From a bacterium (GTDB lineage: Bacteria; JAMOTN01): a DNA stretch of 52,479 nucleotides. This document shows positions 16,966 through 27,415 of the stretch, in pieces. A program made the position numbers and the translations under genes. Under the pieces are notes generated by a model. The model saw nothing but the letters and a program-made list of their open reading frames with translations. It was not told the origin of the DNA and ran no database searches. The stretch's first letter is position 1. Every line of letters starts with the position of its first letter. The stretch lies in contig JAMOTN010000014.1 in the NCBI GenBank assembly GCA_027062325.1, positions 1-52,479 of the forward strand. The letters are read 5' to 3'.

Positions 16966-18208
16966 GCGGAAAGTAAATGAAACTGTGAAAAACTTAAATC
17001 AAAAGGCTAGTAATCATAATAAAAGTAACTATAATAAGAGCAGAGATACAATACAATCAGAGCAGAAAAAACAGGAAGTGCTAGTAGGAGATTTGAGCAC
17101 AAAGTTCAGGCTACATCAGCAATGTCATCATTTACAAAAACTTTTGACAGTAGAAAGGCTCCTTCCTGCTCCACTTGCTGAGTACTCATCTTTTCCATTA
17201 AGAGAGGCACTGCGTTTATTTGGTTCAGTTGTCACATGGATTCCACTTGTACATATTCGAAGTCTTCCCTATTGGATAAAAGATTGGCAGAACCTGTTAA
17301 GAATTTATCCAGAGAAAAATTGTATTCTTCAAATTCACGGTCGTGCTGAGGATTTCAGGGAATTCCATAAGCACTTATCATACATTGAAGATCTTGTTAA
17401 AAGTTTCCCAAATACTGTAATTGCTCTAGATATAAACGCTGGATGTCCCATGCCAAAGATTGCTGGTAAAGGATCAGGGGCTGGTCTATTAAGGAATCTT
17501 AATGAGCTTGAAGAGGTCGTCAAAATAGTCATGGACAACACCTCGCTTCCCGTTACTGTAAAGTGTCGCATAGGATTTGAAAATTGGCAGTTTGATAAAA
17601 TCGCTGAAATTTTAATCAAAACAAGACCCGCAATGGTATGTGTACATACACGTCTTGCAGTCGAAAAGTACTCGGGCAGTGCATCAAGAAGGTGGCACCT
17701 TGTAAAGACATACTTCAAAGCAATGAAAAAAGAGGGGATTGTTACCTGCATTAATGGCGATATAACCGATACTGCAACTTTCCTAAGGGCTCTTGCCGAA
17801 GCTGGATCAGACTTAGCTGCTGTAGGACGAGCTCAAATTTCAACACCTGCTGCCATTGCCCAAATTTCAGGGCGCCTTCCAAATAAGCTACCAATATGGT
17901 TTGAAGCTGCGTCTTTGGTGCTATTTTTAATACTCACGGTAAACTATTTTGTACGCACCGAAAGTAGTCGCAATGAGAAAGTCACTAACACACAGCGAGC
18001 ACTTTCATTCTTCAAACGTTTTGTGTGGAGCGCCTTCAAAGGAGCACGCGGAGTTAAGGGATTTAGAAGGGAACTTGCAAAGCTTGATTGGTCTAAAATT
18101 TCCTATCTCATCGAATTAATCTTTTCCTTTGTAAAAACTAATTACGGACAAGAAGAGTATAATAGGATGATAGAATACTTAAGTAAAGTTACCCGTGAAT
18201 TTACATAA
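16949..18208 (+). CDS. tRNA-dihydrouridine synthase family protein (divergent; start uncertain)
   Basis: PAPLA, LQIHG, DINAGCP (catalytic Cys), GSGAGLL, PVTVKCRIG, NGDI, VGRA. Confidence 0.85.
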   Translation: MSGSSERKVNETVKNLNQKASNHNKSNYNKSRDTIQSEQKKQEVLVGDLSTKFRLHQQCHHLQKLLTVERLLPAPLAEYSSFPLREALRLFGSVVTWIPLVHIRSLPYWIKDWQNLLRIYPEKNCILQIHGRAEDFREFHKHLSYIEDLVKSFPNTVIALDINAGCPMPKIAGKGSGAGLLRNLNELEEVVKIVMDNTSLPVTVKCRIGFENWQFDKIAEILIKTRPAMVCVHTRLAVEKYSGSASRRWHLVKTYFKAMKKEGIVTCINGDITDTATFLRALAEAGSDLAAVGRAQISTPAAIAQISGRLPNKLPIWFEAASLVLFLILTVNYFVRTESSRNEKVTNTQRALSFFKRFVWSAFKGARGVKGFRRELAKLDWSKISYLIELIFSFVKTNYGQEEYNRMIEYLSKVTREFT

Positions 18209-18248
18209 AAGCAGCAGTCACGTTGCACATTCGAAAGGAGGTTTAAAC

Positions 18249-19568
18249 TTGAGGATAAAAACTTTTTTGCGTTCGAACTTTTTCGAAAACCTTAAGTTGA
18301 TGTGGACAGTTGGAATCCAAACGAGTATAACATACGTTGGTTTCTCAATCGCGCGCACATTTCAAACCGCTCTTTATGGCACAAAAAGTACAACCGACAT
18401 GGCTGCTTTTGGAATTGCACTTATGCTGCTTGATTTACCCTGGACAGTAGTAGGAGGCTATTCGTGGATATATCTTTCACTAATTGCTCGCAGTAAAAAT
18501 GAAGAGGAGAGGAGACTATTCACTCACGCAAGCTGGGTTTTTTTTGCATTTTTTTATGTTATCACACTGATCATCTACCAAAAGTTTGCCATGCCCATCG
18601 CTATGTTTTTCACCGCCTATCATGAGGACGTGGCAATCAGAGTTGCAGAATATATGAAGCTCACAAGCTGGTTCTTTTTTATCCCATTTTTTGCATACCC
18701 TGTTGCCATGATTTTAAGAAATGACAACAGAGCATACATTCCCATGTTTACATCACTTGCTGACAATGTAGTTGACCTAGTAGTAACCTGGCTCCTTCTC
18801 AAAAAATTTGAGGGAATAGTTCCTTCTGCATACTCTATTATCACCACATTTTTAGTGGTGCACGGTCCAGTTTACTTTACGTGGGCCTTGAAATACAATT
18901 TATTCAAGAAGTTTCGCTTAAGCTTATCCCATCTAAAAACCTTTCTCAAGCTTGGAACTCCACACGCTCTTGAAGCTACAGCGGGTTTAATTGCCTTCAT
19001 GATATTTTCAAAGTTCATAGGTTCAATTTCAGAAAAAGCACTTGCCGCAAATGCCATCGCCTCACAAATAACGGGATTTGCTTACAGTTTAGGAGGAGGA
19101 ATATGCCTCGGTGCAATAGCTGCAACGGGGAAGACTATAGGCTCTGGAAATGCAGTTCGCGGTAGAATTTTTGCTAATCTAGCCGTTGCTTCATCAATCG
19201 CTTTTGGAATAATTCTGGGATTGCCTTTCATGCTGTTTCCACAAAAGATAGCCACTCTTTTTAGTAAAGATATGGAAGTTGTGAGACTAGCCGTGCCTGT
19301 TTTAAAAATGTTTGGAATAATTTTCGCAATTGATATTTCCTCTTATCTTCTATCGAGCATAATACAAGCCGGAGGAGACACTCTATTTTCAATGCTGGTC
19401 ACAATGTCGCTGAATTACGGTGTCTGGCTACCTCTTGCCTACTTTTCAGCTCTTCATAAAAGCTTTGCAGGGTGCTGGTTAGCCCTATTTATAGCCATGA
19501 CAGCTGCATACATGATATTCAGAATAAGAATAGACTCTATGAAGTGGGTGAAAAAATTGAACGACTAA
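18249..19568 (+). CDS. MATE family efflux transporter
   Basis: Many TM segments in two repeats; LKLGTP, ALAANAIA, IQAGGDT; TTG start after AGGAGGT. Confidence 0.88.
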   Translation: MRIKTFLRSNFFENLKLMWTVGIQTSITYVGFSIARTFQTALYGTKSTTDMAAFGIALMLLDLPWTVVGGYSWIYLSLIARSKNEEERRLFTHASWVFFAFFYVITLIIYQKFAMPIAMFFTAYHEDVAIRVAEYMKLTSWFFFIPFFAYPVAMILRNDNRAYIPMFTSLADNVVDLVVTWLLLKKFEGIVPSAYSIITTFLVVHGPVYFTWALKYNLFKKFRLSLSHLKTFLKLGTPHALEATAGLIAFMIFSKFIGSISEKALAANAIASQITGFAYSLGGGICLGAIAATGKTIGSGNAVRGRIFANLAVASSIAFGIILGLPFMLFPQKIATLFSKDMEVVRLAVPVLKMFGIIFAIDISSYLLSSIIQAGGDTLFSMLVTMSLNYGVWLPLAYFSALHKSFAGCWLALFIAMTAAYMIFRIRIDSMKWVKKLND

Positions 19569-20072
19569 CTACTTTTCCTGATCTACCTTTCCACCCTTCT
19601 TAACTTGATAATAGTAAACCAACACACCAACAACCATCGCTGTTGATATTCCATAAAACATTATTGACTTACCATCACTCCATGTTACCAAGTGCTCTGT
19701 AAACGTTATTGCAAGCATCAATATTACCAAACTAGTAAGATTTGCCTTCAAATCATCTATGGACTTGATTTGCAACCACTCTGGAACACTCATCTTACCA
19801 ATAAACAATTCGTAAAGTGTAATTGAAAACAGATAAAACACAACGGCTTGAAGAATTATATCCAAAACCGAAAGGAAACTTGCCGATATTATTGATACAG
19901 AAACCGGCTGACTACCCGAAAATGTCATTTTGCCAATGCTGTAAACCACTTGAAACAGCCGGCACGTTCCTATCAAAACCAAGGCTAAGAAGCCTATAAA
20001 CAGGGTAAAGCACGCTATGAAAACGACGTATCTTCCCTTCTCAAGCACTCTTTTAAGATTTCTAAAGCGCAC
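19569..20072 (-). CDS. YqhA/UPF0114 family membrane protein
   Basis: LYELFIG...PEWLQIKSIDDLK motif; about four TM segments. Confidence 0.85.
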   Translation of the reverse strand: MRFRNLKRVLEKGRYVVFIACFTLFIGFLALVLIGTCRLFQVVYSIGKMTFSGSQPVSVSIISASFLSVLDIILQAVVFYLFSITLYELFIGKMSVPEWLQIKSIDDLKANLTSLVILMLAITFTEHLVTWSDGKSIMFYGISTAMVVGVLVYYYQVKKGGKVDQEK

Positions 20073-20194
20073 GAAAAAGCCCCCTTAAAATTCCCACTTT
20101 TTTTAATTTTAACTTAAAAGAACTTCATAATCCAAAACTTTTTCGTGTAAACTATTGAAGTGTGGAGTAAAACTTATTTAAGGAGGTGCAGGTT

Positions 20195-22330
20195 ATGCAG
20201 TTAGTCTGGTCCGTGTTAGCTGTGGGGTTGATCAGCATTATTTACGTAATTTTTGTGACTAAGTGGGTTAAATCAATTCCCGAAGGAAATGACAGAATGA
20301 AAGAAATCGCCCAGATGATAAGGCGTGGGGCTATGTCCTTTTTGCGCCGCGAGTATTTGACGCTTGTCTGGTTCATAGTAATCGTATTCTTAATTCTAGG
20401 ATTCGCTCTGAGCTGGAAAACAGCAGTCGCTTTTATCTGTGGTGCTGCTTCTTCAATGCTTGCAGGATTTATCGGAATGCTTGGTGCAACTCTTTCAAAC
20501 GTCAGAACCGCTCACAAAGCTCAAGAAGGGGAGCCTGCTGCTCTCCAAACTGCTTTCTTTGGAGGCAGTATAATGGGATTTGCTGTTGCATCCCTTGGTA
20601 TCGTTGGATTAAGCATAGGTATATTGTTGCTTAAATCCCACGCAGCAAGCGTTATGACTGAGATTCTATCTGGATTTGCAATGGGAGCTTCCTCTATCGC
20701 TCTTTTTGCTCGTGTCGGTGGTGGAATTTACACTAAAGCTGCTGACGTTGGAGCAGATCTTGTTGGTAAGGTAGAAGCTGGAATTCCAGAAGATGATCCA
20801 AGAAATCCAGCTGTCATCGCAGACAACGTCGGTGACAATGTTGGAGACGTAGCAGGAATGGGAGCCGACTTGTTTGAGTCGTTTGTAAGTTCAATTGTTG
20901 CAACCATGGCAATTGCTGCCGTGGGAAAACTTGGAGCAGATAAGGGACTATTTCACTCTTACTTATACCTTCCAATATTTTTAGCAGGCATTGGAACCTT
21001 CAGCTCACTTATTGGAGCTTTCTTGATGTTAATTTTCAAAAATAAAGAGCCACAACTTGCTTTGCGCATCACAACCGGCGTTACAGGATTTCTGTTTATC
21101 GTTCTTTCATTCTTTGCAGTTAAATTTTTAAAGCTTCCAATGGCAATATTCTGGACAGTGCTCTCCGGTATATTGGCAGGACTTTTAATCGGATGGATCA
21201 CGGAATACTACACATCAGGTAAACCAATAGTTGAAATAGCAGAAGCTGCACAAACTGGAGCTGCCACTAATCTAATTGCTGGATTATCTGTGGGTATGAG
21301 AAGCACATTTTTGCCAATATTTGTAATAGCCGTTGCAATGCTATTAGCTCACAAACTTGCAGGACTTTACGGAGTTGCCTTGACTGCAGTTGGAATGCTT
21401 GGAACAATTGGAATAACTATGTCAGTAGATGCATATGGCCCAATTGCAGATAACGCCGGCGGTATCGCTGAAATGTCCGAACTTGGAGAAAATATCAGAA
21501 AGATTACTGACAAACTTGACGCTCTTGGAAACACTACTGCTGCAATTGGTAAAGGCTTTGCTATTGGTTCTGCAGCTATGACAGCTCTAGCCCTATTTAG
21601 TGCATACTCTGAAAAAATTACCCCCATCTTCAAAAAAGTTATTGGGGGAGATTTCACCGTCATATTAACCGATCCTACAACAGTCATCGGTTTATTCCTT
21701 GGAGGAACATTGCCATTCCTGTTTGCAGCTCTCACCATGGATGCCGTTGGCAAAGCAGCAGAGAAGATAATTGAAGAAGTGAGAAGGCAGTGGAGAGAAA
21801 TTCCCGGCTTGAAAGAGGGGACAGCAAAACCTGAACCTGAGAAGTGCGTTGATATAAGCACAAAGGCAGCTCTAAAAGAAATGATTATTCCTGGCCTGAT
21901 AGCAGTTATAACTCCACCACTTGTTGGATTCACTCTCGGGCCAAAAGCAGTAGCTGGGCTACTTGCAGGCGCTCTTATAGCAGGAGTTCTTCTGGCCATC
22001 ATGATGGCGAATGCTGGCGGGGCTTGGGATAATGCTAAGAAGTTCATAGAGGCCGGAAACTTTGGAGGTAAGGGCAGTGATACTCACAAGGCAGCAGTTG
22101 TTGGAGATACTGTTGGAGACCCATTCAAAGACACATCAGGGCCATCCATGAATATCCTCATAAAGCTCATGTCCATTGTTTCCCTCGTATTTGCACCAAT
22201 CATACCAAAGATCTATAAGTCTATGGCTAATATTCCAGCCAAAGAACTAATTCCATTTGTGGCAATATTGATTCTTCTGGCATTTGTATCCACAAAGCGC
22301 TCACACGCACCTCAGAAAGAAGACAAGTAA
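20195..22330 (+). CDS. hppA: Membrane pyrophosphatase, K+-dependent, probably Na+-translocating
   Basis: [53 protein letters not shown] (Ala form), [16 protein letters not shown]. Confidence 0.95.
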   Translation: MQLVWSVLAVGLISIIYVIFVTKWVKSIPEGNDRMKEIAQMIRRGAMSFLRREYLTLVWFIVIVFLILGFALSWKTAVAFICGAASSMLAGFIGMLGATLSNVRTAHKAQEGEPAALQTAFFGGSIMGFAVASLGIVGLSIGILLLKSHAASVMTEILSGFAMGASSIALFARVGGGIYTKAADVGADLVGKVEAGIPEDDPRNPAVIADNVGDNVGDVAGMGADLFESFVSSIVATMAIAAVGKLGADKGLFHSYLYLPIFLAGIGTFSSLIGAFLMLIFKNKEPQLALRITTGVTGFLFIVLSFFAVKFLKLPMAIFWTVLSGILAGLLIGWITEYYTSGKPIVEIAEAAQTGAATNLIAGLSVGMRSTFLPIFVIAVAMLLAHKLAGLYGVALTAVGMLGTIGITMSVDAYGPIADNAGGIAEMSELGENIRKITDKLDALGNTTAAIGKGFAIGSAAMTALALFSAYSEKITPIFKKVIGGDFTVILTDPTTVIGLFLGGTLPFLFAALTMDAVGKAAEKIIEEVRRQWREIPGLKEGTAKPEPEKCVDISTKAALKEMIIPGLIAVITPPLVGFTLGPKAVAGLLAGALIAGVLLAIMMANAGGAWDNAKKFIEAGNFGGKGSDTHKAAVVGDTVGDPFKDTSGPSMNILIKLMSIVSLVFAPIIPKIYKSMANIPAKELIPFVAILILLAFVSTKRSHAPQKEDK

Positions 22331-22379
22331 ACCAAACTCAACTTAGTTTCGCGAGAATGTAACTGTCGTGTATAATATG

Positions 22380-22420
22380 AGGGCAGGGGTAGTTAGTTAT
22401 TCCCTGCCCTTAATTAATTT
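22380..22420 (+). terminator. GC-rich hairpin after hppA (terminator or 5' stem of the next transcript)
   Basis: AGGGCAGGG...CCCTGCCCT followed by TAATTAATTT; TATAAT at 22371 just upstream. Confidence 0.5.
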
Positions 22421-22444
22421 CAAACTATCAGGGAGGATAACGTG

Positions 22445-22840
22445 ATGAAAAAAAGGGGCTTAACCCTTACAGAGATAATATTTGCTATCTCATTACTTGG
22501 AATTCTTCTTCTCATAATTGTTCCAAGTTACGGTCGCATAAGACAAAGAGTTGAGCTCAAGGCATGTGTCACAAATATGCGTATGATTTTAGGAGCCGCT
22601 CAACTTTACATACTTGAAAACCCCGAAGAAGAGCACGTAACTGTGGATAAGCTTGTAAAAGCTGGTCTTCTTCCGCAAGTTCCAGTATGCCCCTCACTAA
22701 AATCACCAAAGGGCGGATATTATGAAATAGTTGATGAACCTAATAGGCCCTTAGACGTTATATGTATTCATCTCCACGGCAAGGGACATGGTTCCCTAAG
22801 ACAAATAATCGCAGGATCCGAAAGTGAAGGTAGCAAGTAA
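22445..22840 (+). CDS. Small pilin/pseudopilin (ComGC-like)
   Basis: MKKRG/LTLTEIIF; ACVTNMRMI...LVKAGLL..VPVCP; C-terminal C-x-H-x-HG. Confidence 0.82.
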   Translation: MKKRGLTLTEIIFAISLLGILLLIIVPSYGRIRQRVELKACVTNMRMILGAAQLYILENPEEEHVTVDKLVKAGLLPQVPVCPSLKSPKGGYYEIVDEPNRPLDVICIHLHGKGHGSLRQIIAGSESEGSK

Positions 22841-22845
22841 GAGCA

Positions 22846-23790
22846 ATGAAATTTGTTGACTTTTTCTGCGGTGCCGGTGGCTTCTCTTTGGGATTTATAA
22901 TGGCAGGTTTCGAACCTGTGATCTCATTTGAGATAAACTTTAACGTTTGTCGCACATACTCGAAAAATATCGGAAATCATGTAGTTTGCATGGATGTTGC
23001 TTCCATATCCAGCTCCCTCTTAACACGTCTAAAGGGAAAAATTGATGTTGTCATTGCCTCCCCTCCCTGTGAAGGATTTACACCGCTAAATCCAAAGCGA
23101 GTAAAAGATCCAGTACAGCGTTTTTTCGATGATCCTTTAGCAAATCTATCTCTTAAAACCTTTGAGATAATAAAAATTTTAGAACCCAAGTATTTTGTTA
23201 TAGAAAACGTACCCGATATGGCTCAAGGAAAAGCTAAACATTTTATACGATCTGTACTATCAGAAAAATACGGAGAAATCTACTTTAATATTCTGGATGC
23301 TCAGCGCTTTAAAGTTCCTTCATACCGCAAAAGGCTTTTTATATCCAACATAATGCTATTTGCCCCCCAACGATTCAAACTGATATCTGTAGGCGAAGTT
23401 TTGAACTTTCCAGAACCAGATCTTACTCACACTATAAAAAATCATCTGTTTATTCCACCTCCTCGCAAAGCAAAACTAAATCGATCATGGGGCAAAGCAT
23501 CCACCTTTTTCAAAGGTAGCGGTAAAGTCTTCAAAGATCTAATTCGCCTTGATCCTAGACGGCCTGCACCCACTGTAAGAGGAAGTGCTCGCTTTATACA
23601 TCCACTACGTGATCGCCTGCTATCCCCACGTGAGCAAGCTACTCTAAATAGCTGGCCAGTTTCATATGAATTTACAGGCTCCGTAACTGAACAATACAAT
23701 ATGATAGGAGAGGCAGTTCCTCCATTGGTAGCATATGATATAGCCAAGCAAATTTTAAAACATTATGATAAAATGCAAGGCTCAAAATAA
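22846..23790 (+). CDS. C5-cytosine methyltransferase, orphan
   Basis: DFFCGAGG (I), SPPCEGF (IV), IENV (VI), SYRKR (VIII), RLLSPRE (IX), IGEAVPP (X). Confidence 0.92.
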   Translation: MKFVDFFCGAGGFSLGFIMAGFEPVISFEINFNVCRTYSKNIGNHVVCMDVASISSSLLTRLKGKIDVVIASPPCEGFTPLNPKRVKDPVQRFFDDPLANLSLKTFEIIKILEPKYFVIENVPDMAQGKAKHFIRSVLSEKYGEIYFNILDAQRFKVPSYRKRLFISNIMLFAPQRFKLISVGEVLNFPEPDLTHTIKNHLFIPPPRKAKLNRSWGKASTFFKGSGKVFKDLIRLDPRRPAPTVRGSARFIHPLRDRLLSPREQATLNSWPVSYEFTGSVTEQYNMIGEAVPPLVAYDIAKQILKHYDKMQGSK

Positions 23791-23801
23791 CGGATAAAGG
23801 A

Positions 23802-24233
23802 GTGAGTGAGTTGATAAAGACACTGGTACTCGCAAATCTTTCTAATCAAACAAAGCTTTTAGAAGCACTGCAAGTTGCAAAATTTTTTGGTATTGAGAAT
23901 GTAATTCTAATAAAGCCAGCTGGAACTGTTGCACAGTATGGATTAGCCCTAGCATACAAAGAATTCGGTCCCCAACTAAAAATCGCAGTTTTACCAGAAA
24001 TTGAAGACATTTTTTCATTCCTGAATATCAACAAAGAAAATTGTATAGGGCTTGTCTTAGAAGGAACTACTGGAGAAATACCAAAGCTACCAGAACACAT
24101 TGAAACTCTAATACTATCATTTGCGTATCCACAAAATCCAAAACTATTCGAAAACTTAGGCATAAATCACATACAGATAAATGAGAAGCTCCCAGAAGTT
24201 GTAAACTTGGCTCTAATTTTTGCCCGCGAATGA
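23802..24233 (+). CDS. Small SPOUT-like protein resembling archaeal COG4080/DUF2122
   Basis: LVLANLSNQTKLLEALQVAKFFG...ILIKPAGTVAQYG...VLPEIED; recalled resemblance to the family, not searched. Confidence 0.5.
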   Translation: MSELIKTLVLANLSNQTKLLEALQVAKFFGIENVILIKPAGTVAQYGLALAYKEFGPQLKIAVLPEIEDIFSFLNINKENCIGLVLEGTTGEIPKLPEHIETLILSFAYPQNPKLFENLGINHIQINEKLPEVVNLALIFARE

Positions 24234-24242
24234 GGTGACATT

Positions 24243-24992
24243 ATGCTAGAGATAAAATGTCCTGCAAAGATAAATTATATATTAGAAATTTCAGGTAAAT
24301 CATCAGACGATTTTCATATTATCAAAACCCTTGCCATTAAAGTAGATCTAGTAGATACAGTTTATATTGAAGAAGCCAAATTTGGTTTGGAATTTTCATC
24401 CAATGTATCACTTCCTGTCAACAACTCAATTGTCAAAACCGTATATATGCTGGTCGAAAAAGGATACATTCCACACTCAAACTTCAAGATTCATCTACAA
24501 AAGAGAATCCCTCTTGCATCCGGTCTAGGATCTGCTTCTTCTACAGCTGTTGAGGTAGCCAAGGCTCTCTGCAAACACTTTGCATCTCATACACCAAAAC
24601 TCGAGGAACTTGTCGAAACAGCAGGTTCTGATGCTGCAATATTTTACCTTGATTCAACTGCCGTAATTGTAAAGCAGTTTTCAAAGTTCAAGTTTGAAAT
24701 AAACTCTTTAGAGATCTCTCTTATCAAGAAACTTCCACAGCAATTGTTTTTATTTTTTCTGCCTTCTTTTAAAAATAAAACTAAAAATATGTATTCAAAG
24801 CTTACTCCAGAAATATTCTCGGATAAATTTGAAGAACTGCTCACAAATTTACAGCCCTTTAACACATTTGAAGCAGTATTTCCCTACAAAACTTTTCTAA
24901 ACACACAAAACTTACATCTATCTGGAGCTGGCCCAACTCTATTCTCAACCGAACAACTAGAAGGAGGATTGCCAGTTCAAATATGGAGATAG
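24243..24992 (+). CDS. ispE: GHMP kinase, IspE-like (CDP-ME kinase), divergent and short
   Basis: PAKINYILEI, LQKRIPLASGLGSASS, GSD, NTFE, LSGAGPT. Confidence 0.78.
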   Translation: MLEIKCPAKINYILEISGKSSDDFHIIKTLAIKVDLVDTVYIEEAKFGLEFSSNVSLPVNNSIVKTVYMLVEKGYIPHSNFKIHLQKRIPLASGLGSASSTAVEVAKALCKHFASHTPKLEELVETAGSDAAIFYLDSTAVIVKQFSKFKFEINSLEISLIKKLPQQLFLFFLPSFKNKTKNMYSKLTPEIFSDKFEELLTNLQPFNTFEAVFPYKTFLNTQNLHLSGAGPTLFSTEQLEGGLPVQIWR

Positions 24993-27415
24993 AAAGGTTT
25001 ATTCCACTTTTGATGGACCCAGACACCAAAACTCGCCAAGAAGCAATATACACTGTTGCAAAACAGGCACATATTTCCGACCTGAGAGCCATTCTTGCAT
25101 ACATAGTGCAAACTCCCAATCAAATCCTAGAAGACTCTTTCACCAGAGTGATACACTTCTTACAACCCTCGCTTGCAATCCGCCTTTTCAACGAAGCCAT
25201 ATCAATGTATAGTAATGACATAAAAACTTTAAGGCGAGTTGCTGAAATATTTCTCAGAGCCAAAAATGAACGCTTAAGCAATTCCATGGTTGAATCTCTT
25301 TTCTTATCAAGGGATATCACCTTAAAAAATATACTCTCTGCTGTGTTCGAGGAGAACATAACCCTCGTTCTGTATTCAATCTTGAACTTTTTCATCTCAA
25401 GAACTCCATCAGCTACACAAATCCAAGAAGCAGTCACTCTGTTAAGCAATGCATCACTGATCGAGAAGATAAAAACCTTCATCCATCAAGAGGATCCTAT
25501 CCTAAAAATTTTTTCTCTCCGCTTCTTAAGAACTTTTCCATTCATCGAATTAAAAGACGAAGTGGCCGCTCTTTTAACTCACTCAAACATTACGATAGCC
25601 GTTGAAGCCTTAAAAACATTGCGTTCTTATCCTCCAAAGTTGACAGCACCTCTGATAATAAAACTGGCTGTGTTCTCCAATAAAGAGATTCAACAGGTTG
25701 TACTTGAGTTTATAGAAGAGAATATGCCCAACCCTCAGATTGAAGAGGAAATCAAAAAACTCATAGAATCTTCGACCGATCAAAATCTTGAAACGTTAAT
25801 TCCAATAATAAAAGTCACCTCATCTCCTATTATTTTCAAGGAGTTTATCAAACGAGTTGTCAACTCCAAATTGGAAATAGAGCATCTCATAAAGATATTA
25901 AACACTATCAAAAACACATTACTTGCAATAGAAAAATACGAACTTGAAGAGATGAAAGAAGTAGTAGCTCTATTTGAACCTCTCATAATTCACCCGAACA
26001 AAGAAGTACAGACAATTGCCTTTGCTATACTAAAGTTATGGGAAGCAGAGGGAATATTTAAGATACTTGAAACTGTTTATAAACACAAAGAGTACTCTTA
26101 CGAAACAAAACTTGAGATTGCCAAATCTGTCTTATTCTCAGTCACCCAAACGGAGTACAAACAACTTATTAATAGAGTATTAAGTCAGCCGAGCGAAGAT
26201 TTTATATCCTTCTTTTTAGAAGCTTCCGAGGACCTTGTCAAAACCTCCACTTATGTTTCAGAAATTCTTGTTAACATATTACCACAAGTAAAAGGTGAGG
26301 TTGCCAAAAAACTCACACACCTCCTCACTCAAACTGAAGCAGATAAAGAAAATATCAAAACAACCTACTGGCAGGAAGCGAGAAGCCCCAATCCTGATGC
26401 AAGAATCAAAGCAGCAGAGGTGTTATCAGTATTTATAAACGACGAAGATGTCCTATCCCTGTTTTCAAAACTCATCAAGGATCCAGAACCGGCTGTTAGA
26501 AAACGCGTCATAGAGCTTCTAGGTACTGTGCAACGTCAAGAAGCAGCAAGTCTTATACTTCAAAGTTTGAATGATGCCAACAGAGAAGTTGTCTTAGCTT
26601 CAATAAGAGCACTCGCTAACTTTCCAAATCCAAACGTCTTCACTTCTCTTTCAAAATTTCTCACTTCAACCGATAGTAATCTGAGTATGGAAGCAGCAAA
26701 AAGTCTCGTTAAAATAATCATCAAAGCAGCAAAGCTCGCAAGCAATTGGTTTCCTTTCGAGGTAAAAAATGAAGTTCTCAACAAAGTTATGGAGATATAC
26801 AACGAAGAAGACATTCCAAAGTACTTATCAATTCTTCAATCACTTCCAAAACCATTCAATCGTCAAATATTTAACCTCATTACTACTGGTAAGGAAAATC
26901 TGCAACATCTATTTTCTCAAGTCTTCTCCTCATCTCAAGAAACAGCTGTTCAATGCATCCAAACTATATTTTACTGGTCCCCACCCGTAGTTAGAGAAAA
27001 TACTATAAAGCTCCTTTTGAGTGTAAAAAATTATAGAGATAAGTATTTATCATACTTTTCAAACAAAAAACACTTCATATACTCTCTCGTTCCCGGTATA
27101 ACCAATCCGCATATTATGGAAGATTTCATAGCTTTACTGCTTGATTTTCAAGATAGTATGGCTTCTCAAGTAATAAAAGCAAAGTTGTCTTCACAATTCG
27201 AGAATGATATTATATGGGCACTAGAAGTTCTACGTTTGTATCCACATCCAGAATTTTTAAGTAAGCTTGAAGAACTTGCGAATCATCCAAAAGAAGAGGT
27301 TCGTCTAGAAGTTGCTAAAACTGCTAAAATTTTTGGCGATAAAGGTAAACCAATACTGGAGAAACTTGCTTCCGATTCAAGCGATCTAGTACGCCTAGAG
27401 GTGAAGAAGAAATGA
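24983..27415 (+). CDS. Large HEAT-repeat protein
   Basis: Repeats such as DPEPAVRKRVIELLG, DANREVVLASIRALA, HPKEEVRLEVAK. Confidence 0.88.
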   Translation: MEIERFIPLLMDPDTKTRQEAIYTVAKQAHISDLRAILAYIVQTPNQILEDSFTRVIHFLQPSLAIRLFNEAISMYSNDIKTLRRVAEIFLRAKNERLSNSMVESLFLSRDITLKNILSAVFEENITLVLYSILNFFISRTPSATQIQEAVTLLSNASLIEKIKTFIHQEDPILKIFSLRFLRTFPFIELKDEVAALLTHSNITIAVEALKTLRSYPPKLTAPLIIKLAVFSNKEIQQVVLEFIEENMPNPQIEEEIKKLIESSTDQNLETLIPIIKVTSSPIIFKEFIKRVVNSKLEIEHLIKILNTIKNTLLAIEKYELEEMKEVVALFEPLIIHPNKEVQTIAFAILKLWEAEGIFKILETVYKHKEYSYETKLEIAKSVLFSVTQTEYKQLINRVLSQPSEDFISFFLEASEDLVKTSTYVSEILVNILPQVKGEVAKKLTHLLTQTEADKENIKTTYWQEARSPNPDARIKAAEVLSVFINDEDVLSLFSKLIKDPEPAVRKRVIELLGTVQRQEAASLILQSLNDANREVVLASIRALANFPNPNVFTSLSKFLTSTDSNLSMEAAKSLVKIIIKAAKLASNWFPFEVKNEVLNKVMEIYNEEDIPKYLSILQSLPKPFNRQIFNLITTGKENLQHLFSQVFSSSQETAVQCIQTIFYWSPPVVRENTIKLLLSVKNYRDKYLSYFSNKKHFIYSLVPGITNPHIMEDFIALLLDFQDSMASQVIKAKLSSQFENDIIWALEVLRLYPHPEFLSKLEELANHPKEEVRLEVAKTAKIFGDKGKPILEKLASDSSDLVRLEVKKK

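Noticed and set aside
21367-22047. 226-aa antisense ORF in hppA and similar antisense ORFs in arcC, OPT, ahcY, the paralog pair and por genes
   Set aside because: Typical stop-poor reverse frames of conserved genes, with no recognisable motifs.
676-22410. GGGCAGG/CCTGCCC stems at 676 and 22381 as a REP family
   Set aside because: Only two copies with different loops, adequately explained as terminator-type hairpins.
22846-24992. Type II restriction-modification system
   Set aside because: The neighbours are a pilin, a small SPOUT-like protein and IspE; no nuclease motif recognised.
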